This document shows, piece after piece, positions 13,456-28,812 of a stretch of DNA of 64,000 nt. How positions within the stretch are numbered: position 1 is the stretch's first letter; each line of letters begins with the position of its first letter. The stretch lies in NCBI GenBank assembly GCA_023515725.1, contig JALDTO010000235.1:62001-126000 (forward strand), in the 5' to 3' direction. The notes under the pieces were generated by a model. That model made no database searches. It was not told the DNA's origin and was given only the letters and a program-made list of their open reading frames with translations. The DNA comes from Amoeboaphelidium protococcarum X5 (Eukaryota; Fungi; Aphelidiomycota). The position numbers and the translations under genes are program-made.

Positions 13456-14043
13456 TCATTCTGTCTTTTTCATCAAGTCTGAAGACTGCAAATCATTTTG
13501 CTTTAGTAAATCTTGATCGTAATCAGCACCAACATATCCAGGCTGTGAACGTTCTAAAGCGCGATAAATTAGAAAGCATTCCGCTGCCAAAATGAATATA
13601 CCACTCAACAATCCCATCAATATCTAAAATTCCATCACCTAAGTAATATGACTAGACATTTTATAGCCAAAGAATCCAATAGCCACGGCACTAAACATCA
13701 AATTGGTCAAAGTGAGAACCAATCGCCTGATTTACTTATCATCTATCCTAGAAGAAGATTGTCCAACAACACCAGCACTTCCAGTCAGGCCAGTCGGATC
13801 GAATCCAAATCCAGGATTATCTAATTGACGTTTCATGGGCGACAGACGAGCGTACTCTTTCTTTCGGTAATCAGCCATTGCAGGGTGATCATCTGGCAGT
13901 CGTCTCCGGGATACACCGTTGATATTATCAGCATCAGAATACCTTCCCGCATTCTTTATCACAGGTTCGCTCAACCATCCGCTAAGTCTATAGCCATAAT
14001 TCAGAATGTTGAAATCTGACGCAATCAATTTATCGTCTGTCAT
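13456..14043 (-). CDS. VMA12: Vma12/TMEM199-like V-ATPase assembly factor
   Basis: KEYARL helix followed by two TM segments (LVLTLTNLMFSAVAIGFFGY; ILMGLLSGIFILAAECFLIY). Confidence 0.6.
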
Positions 14044-14379
14044 AATACGATATTTTGTCTATTAAAATGTCGTGACTCAAGCGTGCTTAGATGATACTGT
14101 ACCGCGCGAAGAAAAGCTTGTAAGGTGAGACCAATCTGGTTTCGCAGCATCTCAGAAGAGACTGATTAGATTTGTCCCAGACCGCGTTGTAGGTTGATTA
14201 CTATCTCGGGACCAAACTGGACCGCCCGGACTGTGTGGAGTGGTGCATTTAACAACTAAATTTCCTATCAGGAAAATTATGAATCAAATATCCACATGAC
14301 GCAATTGTTTCACAACACTCAGTGCTGATCACGCGCTCATAAAGGGACTATTGCTTGCGAAACGAGCGCTACCTCCGAG

Positions 14380-14436
14380 TTTCCTAATCGGGAACATCCC
14401 GTTCCAATCAGAGCTGTTTCATAGATTTATTACCAC
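14380..14436 (+). promoter_or_regulatory. Conserved upstream element (CCAAT-containing) of coiled-coil/2-TM paralog 1
   Basis: tttcctaatc...gttccaatcagagctgtttca..agattt..ccac; the 21-nt core (14401-14421) is identical to the reverse complement of 19860-19880. Confidence 0.65.
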
Positions 14437-14515
14437 AAATTCTAACCTTTTCTTCTACTTATTACATTACACATTTCTTTTCATAGCCAAACATTTATCT
14501 ATTCTTGCGTTCAGT

Positions 14516-15093
14516 ATGGCTTAATAACCTTCTATAGATCTGCAGGAGTTAATTGAAAGATTGAACGCGTAGAGCTTGTAAAATGCTTAAATTATAAACT
14601 AAAATGCAAAGTTGATAGAAGAAAATGCACAGATAAAGGCTGAAAATGCACAGTTAAAGGCCGAAAATTCTGATCTCAGAGAAAAAGTCGACATGATTGC
14701 AGCTGATGTTAGAGATATCAAAGGCAAAATGAGAGACTCGCGCCTTGCCATTGCGAAATCCGCTGCATCTCATGATCTAGCGCTTCAAATGGTAAATTTA
14801 ATTTCCACTTTCCTTTGATAGATCATAATTCCATTGCGTAGATACTATTTATGAAATATGCGTCTGGAGTTGTTGGTTTTTTGTATATAGTCGCCCTAGG
14901 ACTAGCGATAGCAAGTGGGAATCTGCTCGGTATCGCATAAATGTTAGTAGGCTGGTTCTCAGTGATCCCTTCCTTGATGGCCCTATATTTGTTGGCCAAG
15001 AAGAACATTGAAGATCACGAGGCCAACTTATATAACGAGACGGAGCTATTACGCTCATACGATGATTTGCTCAACTCGAAAAAGACTGATTGA
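14516..15093 (+). CDS. Uncharacterised coiled-coil protein with two C-terminal TM helices, paralog 1 (intron 14792-14841)
   Basis: Heptad ENAQIKAENAQLKAEN, MRDSRLAIAKS..SHDLAL.M, GT-AG intron, hydrophobic exon 2; homologous to 18987-19760. Confidence 0.75.
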
Positions 15094-15315
15094 TAGTATC
15101 ATGTTTCGTATTATTAATGTACTATTCGCGTCCCAATTATCGTCCACCCGCGCTCGCTTGGAGTCAGTCTTTCCTTTACTTTAAAAGTCGCGCGTAAAAC
15201 ACTCGCTCGTTAAACTTCTTCGCCTTCCTTCTTTGTTTTCGATAAAGCAAGCCAGGTGTTGTTACACACACTTTTGAAAGTAATAGTAGTAGTAGTATAC
15301 AGAAACATATCATTT

Positions 15316-18106
<2,791 letters not shown>

Positions 18107-18213
18107 ACAATCAAGAATAAGAATAGTGATTTTAAGGTGAAGGCAAGAGTTATAATATCATAATGAACAATCGAGTATATACTTACGATTCCTGAACAAT
18201 ATTCACGCTGTGT

Positions 18214-18759
18214 TCAACGAGAGAATTTGAATTTGATGTTAACGCAAGTCAACAGGTTGCCATCCTGATCGTAAGCTTTGACGTTACCTTTGACAGCCAA
18301 TGGAGGAATCTCTCTAGGGATGTGCTGTCTCACAGTAACCACATTATTTCCCTACTTTAGAGGACAATTAGTATCAGTGTACTAGCCGAGACTATCACAC
18401 AGATCAACTTCCTGTCTAATGCGGATGAATCCAAGCACCAAATCCAACTTGACCTTACCAGAGGTCACTTCCTTCTTCACGTCGCCATCCAGCTTGATAA
18501 CTATGTCCTGATCAATCTTTGGAGGATTAGGATCCAGAGTGATGCTCTTGATAGTCATCACATGGCTAGCCGGATCATCACACAACTCATACAGTGGATC
18601 ATCCAAAGTATCAACAGCATCGTTGAATCTGTTGAATGCATGCTGCAACTGGGGTCTGACGAAAAGGCTATTCAATCTCTAATCAAGAGCGAAACCACAA
18701 GCCAGCTGGATCAATAGTAGCTGCAGCAACAAAACACTAACCGCTGTAAATCTAGACAT
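18214..18759 (-). CDS. NPC2: ML-domain lipid transfer protein (NPC2 / PG-PI transfer protein)
   Basis: Signal peptide, YELCDD, ITLDPNPP, VDLCD...CPLK, LTCVN. Confidence 0.85.
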
Positions 18760-18986
18760 ATTTTTAATACAAAATAATTTGACGATTTCGCTAAGCTAAA
18801 GAGTCGATATGATATCAGTGACTGGAGCGATTATTCTCTTTGGTGGGAAAAGGGAAGAGTGCGTTGGACAGAAAATCTCTAAAGATGATAAAAAGGAGTC
18901 AACTGATTCACACGGGGCCAATCACAGCGGCGCTGTTTCAAGAATGGAAACTTTGGTGGTCAAATCCGGATCGCCGCCTAAATTGT

Positions 18987-19760
18987 TCAAGCAAGATGTA
19001 GAAGAATTATTTATACTCGATTTTAATCATTAATTTTCACGTTACCATCGATATCGGTTAATAACAAATCTTCAGATTCTGGATTTGATCCCCGATAATC
19101 AACCAAGCTGTCTGATACTAGTAATGAATATCCATCCGATTGACCAGAACCATGATCTTCTCTCAAATCTTCTACACTTAGACACCGTGTTCTGATATCT
19201 AAAAGGCAAGAATCTATTACCATTTTAACTTGCTTTAATAATAGGGAATAAGTTAATGAGATGCAGCCAACTAATATTTGTGCAGTAGAGGCCAAACTCC
19301 CGCTCGCGACTGCTAAAGCTAGAGCGATTACGTAAAAGACTACAATAACTCCGGACACAGATTTGAGAATTAATATCTACGCATGAAAATTTTCATCTAT
19401 CATATAAAATCACAGGCAATTGGAAGTAAAATTTACCATCTTTAGAGCGAGATCATGAGACTCAGTGGATTTCGCAACGGCAAGGCGAGAATCTCTCATT
19501 CTGCTTTTGATGTCTTTGACATCTTCAGCAATCTTGTCTACTTTATTTCTCAAATCTTCATTTTCTGCAGTAAGCTTTGCAATCTTTTGATCATTCTCTT
19601 TTCTCAACTCTGCATTTTCTGCAGTAAGCTTCGCGATCTTTTGATCATTCTCCTTTCTCAATTTTGCATTCTCTAGCTTCAAATCTGCATTCTCCTCGGC
19701 TAACGCGTCTAGTCTTCTTTGAAATATAGTTTTCCAATCTTCCGAATAAAATTAGCTCAT
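18987..19760 (-). CDS. Uncharacterised coiled-coil protein with two TM helices, paralog 2 (one intron at the same position as in paralog 1)
   Basis: MRDSRLAVAKSTESHDLALKM / gtaaattt...tgcgtag / ILILKSVSGVIVVFYVIALALAVASG. Confidence 0.75.
19561..19668 (-). repeat. Two tandem 54-nt repeats (18 aa, ENAxLRKENDQKIAKLTA)
   Basis: Units 19561-19614 and 19615-19668 are nearly identical. Confidence 0.9.
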
Positions 19761-19844
19761 ATTATTAATCAGATTAATACAACAAATAAATGACGGGGAG
19801 TGATAGTAGTAGGAGAATAGAGAAGTCATGCTGATAGCGGAAAA

Positions 19845-19900
19845 GTGGCTAAAAATCTCTGAAACAGCTCTGATTGGAACAGATATACCTGATTAGGAAA
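19845..19900 (-). promoter_or_regulatory. Conserved upstream element of paralog 2
   Basis: Reverse complement matches 14380-14436. Confidence 0.65.
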
Positions 19901-20159
19901 TGATTAAAGTCCGCGCGCGGTTTGAGCCTGTTTCACCAAGCATTGGATTGTTGGGCGGTAACGTCTTATACTGTCTATTGTAATACTTGGAAAAGGCTGT
20001 AACTCAACAATTTATTCGGGGTTTCTAAGCCATATTCATTAATTTTAATCTCGCGTGATATTGCAAAGCCGCGGGAGATGCATTGATGGTAGAGTCGAAA
20101 GCGATCCACTTTTTTTTGGCATAAAATTCTGTGATGATGCTGGTCTAGATCTATGGCTA

Positions 20160-20420
20160 TGATGGGCTCAGCTCAGGATCAGTTCCGGCCGTCAGTAAGC
20201 GGCTTCGGACCAGAAAAAAGTAGAATATTGATTCGTGCGGAGTGGAACGATTGCAATGATGAGATACAAGATTAAAGTATTGGCGCCTAAAACTTTTACC
20301 GCGCTGTACTCTTTGCGATCCAGTCACTACTGCTGATATATCTGATCAGGGCCGACGGTGCTCCCACGGTAGCCCGGGAGCGTAATGAAACGGCACCGTG
20401 TGCGTCGCTCGCAGTGCCTT
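20160..20420. other. GC-rich intergenic region with multiple hairpins; candidate structured ncRNA
   Basis: Stems gccgt/gcggc, cagt/actg, ctgat/atcag, gctccc/gggagc, acggtgc/gcaccgt, tgcg/cgca, ggcac/gtgcc; no recognisable coding frame. Confidence 0.3.
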
Positions 20421-20518
20421 TGCGTTAAGTGAATAAGAATGGAAGTTAGGCAGAAGAGGTCACTTATGACTTTAAATTGGACATTTTTTGAGAAAGCATT
20501 ATATTTATAACATTATTA

Positions 20519-21246
20519 TCATTCAGCAGAACGAGAGAAAATTTTATTGTGTGAATTGATGAGTTTCTTGACAGTCGAATAGCCTAATGTAGCTTGAATT
20601 AACAACATCATCGAGTACCAACCATTCAACGAGTACTCGAAAGGGAGCACAGACTATCTGAACGGTTCAACTAAAAAGTACACGGTGATAAAAAGCATTG
20701 GGCAAATAGAAGCTATAGAGAATCCAACAAGTTCGGGCACCTACACTATAATATTAGTTTGAATTACATTTAGATGACCGGATATAATTAATTTCTTACT
20801 CGTTCCAGTAAGTTTCCGGTGTAACCTAATTAAAGGCGATAATACTCGCAGATGCATCCCAACAGGAGGAGAATGGCATCAGTTGTTTAAGTCGTTTGCC
20901 GCGTCTAAGACAGCGTATTCCTGTAAATGATCATTGCGGCAGTGTATATAATCCAAATCACAGTCAGCACAATGTTGTAGTTTACAAGTATTTACAGTTA
21001 AAGATTGGACATGACTTCTCTGGCTACACGAATTGAGCTGTTTAAATACAGAAATGTTGTATGCAGCATTATACAGTATATCCCACCTTGGTAGTTTCGA
21101 GAAGACTCGGTGATGGGATGAACTCTGCCACGATACTCGGGGAAAGCTACCTGTGTCAATCCATTCAGAAGCTAACGAGGTAGAATATTTACACCACCAT
21201 GATGTCCATAACCATTTGAGTCTTGCACCATTTCTCTCCGTAACAT
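20519..21246 (-). CDS. TMEM17: Ciliary transition-zone protein TMEM17 (intron 20741-20799; probably a second in-frame intron)
   Basis: EVMSNL[Q]L[Q]ILVNYN...CEYYRL[Q]LGYTGNLLER/VPELVGF...LPFEYSLN matches TMEM17 EMVSSLALQ..YFN, RLYLGY.GNL.EKVPELAGF, LPLE. Confidence 0.8.
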
Positions 21247-21419
21247 ACCAAGTTGTTAAAGCTTTATACTACATGAAACAAACGCGACTTTTCCCGACGC
21301 GCGTTTTCATATTTTGACACTGCAGCGTTTGCAGAGCTCAGCCCAGCTTTATCCATTCCTCAGACGTGGGTTCATTGTCATTTACTGTATACTACTGACG
21401 GAGATTGATAGATTTAAAC

Positions 21420-21807
21420 ATGAATTCTTAGTTTGTAAAGTACATTTGAGCTATTATTTAGAGAGTATACTCAACTTTCGGTTATAATATGTAGGTGGAC
21501 TGGGAGAATGCTAGAGAGTTTGAGGAATTTGTACCTCAAGCATACTTTAAAATCTTGAATATTCTCTTGCTGTCATTGGGATTCTTACTTGCTTCATCCT
21601 TCTTAATGTAAGTTACATGTGTTAATTGACATTTCTAGAATTAATTTACTTGAATAACTCCTCTTTTATTCAGAAGGTAGATATCAAGTGAACACTGTCC
21701 CAAGTTAGCGATCCCTGCTAAGAGAGTTGTCCATGGCGGTACCTGCGTCTGTCCTACTCGGTTTTGGCTCTCTCTTTCTCATGCAATCTTTTGGCATATA
21801 CCTGTGA
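21420..21807 (+). CDS. OST5: Oligosaccharyltransferase subunit OST5/TMEM258 (two introns)
   Basis: ILLLSLGFLLASSFL..YQV..RSLLRELSMAVPASVLLGFGSLFLMQSFGIYL-TGA. Confidence 0.85.
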
Positions 21808-21901
21808 TATCTGTATTAATGAGACACTCACTATATAACTTGAAGGGAGAATTTTAAAAACAACTTTACTTTGCAATATACTATATATTAAAATAGTCAA
21901 T

Positions 21902-23515
21902 TCACTCAGCCTTATTCGACGGCTTCTATTATTGCTATCTTCCTTTGGCTACAAACTTTTACAATTTCCTTCTCTTGGCATCTTTCTCCCTGGGCAACTT
22001 CAACATCCACTCGGGAACTTCACAGCCGCTACTCTTCATCACATTGGCGATGCTTCGTAATTTGCATGCGTCAGACTTCAAGAAGAATGTCACAGCTGTA
22101 CCGCTCTGCTTTCCGCGTCCTGTGCGCCCGATGCGATGGATATATGACGCCGCGTTGGGTGGGAAGTCATAGTTGATCACCATGCGCACACCTTTAAAAT
22201 CAATTCCACGACCGAGGAGATCAGTGGTGATTAGAATCCAAGACTCTTACTTTCGAAACTTCTTAATAGCCAACTCACGTTCATCAGCAGATAGTTCAGA
22301 GTGGAAAACATCAACGTGTAATTCCGCTTTCTAGCTCAAACTCTGATAAAGCATCTTGGCACGTTCAATAGTCTCCACAAAGATGAGAACGGGAGGCTTG
22401 ATTCCATCATGGATCAAATTGCGTAATGCCATCATTTTGCCTTCTTCTTGACCGACATAGAGCAATTTTTAGTCAATCTGGTCATTAGCCGCGTGTCTAG
22501 TACCAATAACGACGCGCACAGGATTCTTCATAATACCCATCGCCATTAGCTCTACATCAGAATTTATAGTGGCACTGAACAGACACTTTTGTACATTCTG
22601 TCTATTGCAAGCTGCCAATATGCAATCAAGCTATTTCAACAGACTGTCATTAAACATTTTATCCGCTTCATCTATAACAACGCATTCAACACTGCTCAAA
22701 TCTAGGCTGTCATTCTTTAAGGCGTTCATTAATCTAAGCGGTGTACTCACAAGTAGATGAGGAAGCTGTTTATCTACTCCCTGATACTAAGAGTAGGTTA
22801 ACTTCGAGCTGAATGGAAGAATCTTGGCGATTTCGCGTTCAATCTATGATGCCAACTCTCTTGATGGTGTAAGAATAAGGGCTTTAACGCGGTTATTACT
22901 CTTTATATCATCACCACTCTCCTCAGATGCTCCCAAGATGGCAAACTTGTGCAATATAGGAATTAGATACGCCAATGATTTTCCACTTCCTGTAGGAGCA
23001 CAACAAATCACATCTTTTCCCTATAAAAGCAGTGGGATAGCTTATAACTGAACAGCACTTAACTCGTGATATCCAAACCTCATCATAGCAGATACAACTT
23101 CATCTTGAATCTGATACTTTTCCTAAAGATGCATCAGACTTTTAACCGGATCAACACCAGCATTATTTCCATATATGCGAATCTATTTCCGCTTTTTAAA
23201 TAATGCCAGCTCTTCCTAGTCTTTAAAATCCTCTATATCTTGGCTTTTAATCAAATGCAGAGTATCATTGGTATCACTTCCAAGCTATTACTGACTCTTA
23301 GATTATAATTCAGAGGCCTCCACATTTGTTTACTTTTACTACTTGCTAGCAAAGAAATCGGGCAATTACGCGTCATTTGGTAACTGGAACACAGAACTTG
23401 ACTAGATATCATTGGCATTTATCCTCTACTTTTTATTCTATTGCTTTTAGAATAGCTCAATATCAGATTTGAATCGCTTCGTATCAAACTTTATGCCCGT
23501 AGTTAATTTTGTCAT
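21902..23515 (-). CDS. ROK1: DEAD-box RNA helicase Rok1/DDX52
   Basis: [13 protein letters not shown]-terminus, [56 protein letters not shown]. Confidence 0.92.
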
Positions 23516-24178
23516 TTTTTACTTTCTCTGTGATTGATGTTCACTTGTAAGAGAAAATCTGAGAGAACGCGATTTAATTGTGTCGATCAATGTAGTAAAT
23601 TAGGGAACGCGTATTACAATGAGTTCTGTTTCAATGTTAAAGAGGTCTATCTCTTTTAAAGCCTCCTCTGAATTAATATCTAAATACAGATAGGATGCAT
23701 AAATAAATGAAATTAAATTGCGGTATTACAGAAATGATGATTTGAGATAGTCAATCAAAGTGTGAAATACCGAAAAGCTTTGATCAATTTTCAACGTCCG
23801 TCGTTCCGATCGCGCTCTCTCCATCAAATTGTCATCATTCTTCATCATCGGCGATCGGGATTCCCTTTTAGTTTGATGTTGTTGTTGTTGTTGTTACACT
23901 CTGATTCTATTCTCATCACTTGGTTATTGTTGGGAAAGTTTAACCTCTTTCAGTCAAATCTGGGTAGATTCTTGGTGTGGCAAACAAACAACATTCTAGT
24001 TCTGGCTCAGTTGCTTATAAAAAGTAAAGTTTTATTCCCACCATTTCCGATCGGTAATACAGTAATAAACTGTGTGTTAGTTCTGTAACGACATTTGATT
24101 ATTCTCTGCTTTTAAATCTGTTTGTGAGATTCTTTATTTATTCCTTAGTCTTAATAAATAAAACTGATGGTGGTTGCA

Positions 24179-25351
24179 ATGCCTAAAAAGGGATCAAGAT
24201 TGAAATAGTCATCGACTGCTAGCGATAGTGCTGATGGTGTAGATGATGGTGAGTATGTTAATCTGCTAGATTAGTAGAATGATGATGACGGTCAATCTTC
24301 TGCAGTCAACAAGGCTCAAGATTCATCGTTTAATCGTGGTAATTCATTGAGGAGGAGAGAGATCCATTTATCATCACAGGATATTCATAAGTTGGTGGCT
24401 AGTGGTGTAACAGATGTTCTGCCAGATGAAGAAGACATTAAGGTGAAGAGATGGACAGAAAAGTTGAATCTGGAGCGATAGTGCTGCAAAGAGGAAGGCA
24501 GGATATACGTTCCACCCACATTTGCGTATAAGGATGTACCTACTTTCTTGCAGGACAATGAGTACATTCGCTCTGGTTATCGTGCTTACTACACCTATTT
24601 TGAGTTGTGGCACTCCATATTGAGACTCCATAATGAGTCTATGAACATTTGGAGCCACTTGTTCGGTCTCTGTCTGGTGCTCTATCTGTTCATCTAGACT
24701 GTGGGTGGGATGAGAGGTGAAGATGCACTTGTGGGTGATAAGCTGGCAATGTCCATGTTCTTTTGCTGTGCCATCGCCTGTTTCCTATTCAGCTCTCTAT
24801 TCCACACTCATTACTCTCACTCCAAGTATGCATTTGTAAAGTTTGGATGTCTTGATTATGCCGGTATCAGCACGATGATCTGTGGATCTAACAGTATTAT
24901 CACCTACTTGGCGTTCTACTGCGATGCTATCAGTAGACGAGTATGGGTTACGCTGACCATTATGGTTGCCTTTGTGGGTGTTATTGGTCCATTTCATGAG
25001 AAGTGGGCGCATCGGAGCTTTCGTAAATGGCGGGCCATTATTTACACTTTGAGCGCTGTGACTAGTGCAACACCCTGCTTCCAGTATCTGATAGAGTACG
25101 GATTCCCAGAAACTCTAGACTACCGCGCGTATGTTGGCATTGGTGTGATGACCTTCTTCTATCTGGGTGGTGCTTTCATTTACGCTAGTCGTATACCGGA
25201 GAGATGGTTCCCCGGCAAGTGTGATATTTTCGGTCACTCACATCAGTGGTGGCATATCGCTGTTGTCTGTGCCACCTATGCTCACTACTGCACTGCCTGC
25301 ATTATGCTTGACTGGCGCCAGAATATTGCCACATGTGACAAATAATAATGA
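24179..25351 (+). CDS. PAQR family (adiponectin receptor/Izh) membrane protein
   Basis: P.FLQDNEYIRSGYR, HNESMNIWSH, SSLFHT, LDYAGIS, RIPERWFPGKCDIFGHSHQWWH; ends K[Q][Q]-TGA. Confidence 0.92.
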
Positions 25352-25441
25352 AATCTTGTGATTTCTAAAGATTAATTAAACTCTACTTGGATACTTTTCA
25401 CACTATATCTATAACTATTAAAACTATATTTAGAAAGGATA

Positions 25442-26115
25442 TCACGTATCAAGAGGCTTTGCACATTTTCTCGATTCAACCATACCAGATTTTGTACATT
25501 ACATGGACTACCAAGAGACTGGTTGCATAGCAGCATCACAGTCTGAAGATCTAGCATACACCACACCATACTCATTCTTGGCAGTGGACAGGTAATAGCT
25601 GCGACTATCACCAAATGATATAATCTCTGCGCGAAGGACATCATCAGGCCGGAAGCAGTCACTCATCACCACCTGATCAATGTTATGCAATCGCACATCC
25701 TATTTCCGGAGTACGCCTTTATACGGCTCAATGAACAGTCGTCCATCCTCGCCAATATTGTCACTCAATGCCAGAATATCGATATTCGCCTGCACCGGAG
25801 TGACGCGTGATACTTTACCCAAAATCACCGAACCGATTTATGGTGTAGAATTAGTAGACCTTGATCCTATAACAGATATTTACTACTTGGAATTATTCTA
25901 CCTGATTTAATACTGAATGAGCTTAGTATATCATTAAAGATAATCGGTAAAAATATTAAAAATCTTACCTGTTACTTCTTAATCTCAACGCTACCAGTCA
26001 GCGATGCGTATATACCATCTTTGAAGCAGTAAACATTATTCCCAATGGCATATTCTAATGCATTACCCAGTCTTTAGCCAGCCGCAACGTGCTCGTTCTG
26101 TTGAATCTTGGACAT
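25442..26115 (-). CDS. CSL4: Exosome cap subunit Csl4/EXOSC1 (one intron)
   Basis: G[Q]RLG, IYASLTG, GVLRK[Q]DVR, CFRPDDVLRAEIISFGD, YYLSTAKNEYGVVYA, M[Q]C...ESRKCAKP. Confidence 0.92.
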
Positions 26116-26299
26116 TTGATATTTTCACTACTTCTTTTCTCTCTCTCTCTCTATTTTGATGAGAAATCTTCTTATCTCTACAAAGACGAGAGAGAGAGAG
26201 AGAGGCGCATAACGCGTTGATCTTCCTTAATAATGGCTCAAGTTCCAACTTTTGACAGATCTTGATAAGTCACAAAATATATTAAAGTCCTTTAGCAGT

Positions 26300-28630
26300 A
26301 TTTAAAAGTACTGAATATGTCGCTAATGCAAGGACAATCAAGGAATATGTCATTTTGGCGATTGATGTCATGATTAAGGTTAAGTGTTAGTCTTGTGCGT
26401 TCCTGGTGCTAATTAGTATTAATTAGTCTTTTGGTCTGTCTGGTCTCACTTAATACTACTGATTTGATCATTTTTATAGTGAATTATCTCATTTATTGTT
26501 GCCCTAGGAATATTAAGCAGTGCAAGTCTGCGTACGAAAATGTTAATGTTGCGCTGAGAGAAATATTCCATTGTCGCTTGAAGGATCAGATACCTAGCTA
26601 GATTAAGAAAGAGCAAGTGGTCCGCAATTGGCGCGGCCACTAAAAGGCAAAGTTTGATACAGCGATGGTGAATATTCCTGTGTGTCTATTTAATTGTTTG
26701 CATATATATATATATATATATGGTACGTACAGTAATAGCGCCCAGGTGACTTAACTGCGCGACTTCCTCCAAGTAGTTTTGTCTGCTATCTTTAATCGCA
26801 TTTACTGAAAAAGAGTGAGTAGAAAGGAAAGCACCATAGGCAGATTAGATAAAGTTATTATCAGAATTAATGATTACAAGTTAACTCACTCGGCAGCTTA
26901 CGTAATATCACTGAAGCAGACTCCGCAGATAGATCCATCGGTGGAAGACTGGAATATGGAGCGTTGATTGATAATGTAACTCTGTTGTATCCTGATGCCA
27001 CTAAATAATCCCAAAAGTAGTAGTTCTGAGAGCCGTAGAAGAGTGATACCACCTAGTCTGTGGATCCGAAGAAGTTAAATCTTAAGTCTTAGAGATAGTA
27101 GTTAGTTGTCATGCTCGATCTCAACACTATGACTTGGGGGGAAACGAGAACTGTCTGACATTTTAGAGTACGACTTGGACGCGTCTTGACTTTTAGTTTG
27201 TATACCTCGTGGCTGTGAATTTGTCAACTCTATTATAGAGTACGTTAAGTTGGGCTTTTATTTGGTGCATTGTACATGTTAAGCCCTTCTGCCCATAGAC
27301 GTAAGGTGTCGTTGAGCGCATTTTTAAGACGATCGGTATGTTCATGTCCGAATATGAAGCTGAGTGTCAACCAGATCTCTTGATGTCGCGATGTTTTTTA
27401 ACGGTATCCTGAGTGCAATTAGAGTTGGTAATAATTTATGACATACTCAAATTAGTCACGATGACTAATGCGAAGGTAAATAAGAAGAATCTCTAATATT
27501 GGAAACGCGGACTCAACTCCGCTGTCATGGTTGTAATATCTACATCACTGGCTTTGGAAAGTCTTATTTGCTGAAGATGTAGTTCTTGCGGCACCAATGG
27601 GTCTCGTCTCTCCAAATCAGATTCTATGGTTAATTCTAAAGTTTTTGGCTGATATATTCACGATTAAGGGAGTGCGTGTGACAGAACAACAAATTTGCAA
27701 TTTAGTGGCGAGGCTTAACAATGCCTCCGATACTCCTAGGTGGTATCTGTCAGATGAATTGATGAAAACTTGCGGGTTTGATAAATGGAGGAGAAGAAAG
27801 GCCCGCGGTCTCTACGGCATATCCACAAGCTCAAACTTGTGTCATAGGCCGCGGATGCAAATGTTCCAGTATCTTGGGAGATGGCTGTATGTATATTCAT
27901 AAGTTTGAGAGAATATCGTAATTGGCTTGGATGAAGATGATTAGGTATTCAGGATTGAAATATTTAACCATCGCGCAAGCTATTAGGAAAAATCACGAAG
28001 AGGCCGATACTCATAAGCGTTTCAACTCAAGTAACATCATGTTCAACATTACTTTCCCAAGCCAATTCTTTAGGGTTGCATCAATAGCAATTCACGTCAG
28101 TATCGTTAGAAGTTATCATCATCAAGCGGCAATGTAGACCAAGAATGTATATTAATGGTTAAGTGCTTAAAGTGATTGGGCCCTTTTACGCTATTATAGC
28201 ACCAGCATAAACGTTCTGTGAAGGTACTTATCTTTCCTTTTACAGGCGGCTATAATGCAATGTGTTGCGGGCTTGAGGATCAAATGAGAATCGGCAAAGG
28301 CTTGTACCCTTTTTGTTTTAGATCTTTGATCATGACAATTGACCTAGTTTGCTAGCACATGCTTATCGCGTAATTGCTCGTGGCGAATTAAATTCGTAGT
28401 CTCAAGACTTTCTATTAATATGACAATGCAACTGCTAAATATATATAACGTTATTGTAATTGGCTGTATTTACACAGAATTTAAGAGGTGGACAGACTTA
28501 GTGAGCATAGCGCTATGGAAGCAGCACACCATTAATTGAGTTCGAAACCTTTAAATTTTGTCCATGATCCGGCAAATCAGATGCTAATTGAGCACTCCCC
28601 GAACAATGATTTGCAGTTGTGTCTATTCTG
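26300..28630 (+). pseudogene. Decayed, frameshifted gene remnant, possibly a P-loop NTPase
   Basis: Protein-like fragments in changing frames with multiple TGA stops; relic YITGFGKSYLL near 27540-27575; intron-like segments; boundaries approximate. Confidence 0.3.
26702..26721. repeat. (AT)n microsatellite
   Basis: atatatatatatatatatat. Confidence 0.9.
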
Positions 28631-28812
28631 ATGATTTGCAAATCAGCTACGTTTGTTTGCAGTAGAACAAGGATGCTCTTGATGACTGGCGTCTGATGAT
28701 CATTCGAGAAAGAGATCTTATGCGTAATACTTTATAAAACTGTAATCTTTGATCATCATTAAACTTTCCCTTATCTAGTTTCTAAGATCAATTATCATGT
28801 ATTTAGAGTAAC

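Noticed and set aside
19903-20420. RNase MRP, spliceosomal snRNA or hammerhead ribozyme identity for the GC-rich island
   Set aside because: Only partial motif resemblance; P4 pairing and the catalytic core consensus are not satisfied
25343-25351. TAA-TAA-TGA ending as evidence that TAR can still terminate
   Set aside because: Conserved proteins (UBC4, OST5, LTO1, GTR1) end at TGA; one case is compatible with K-Q-Q-stop
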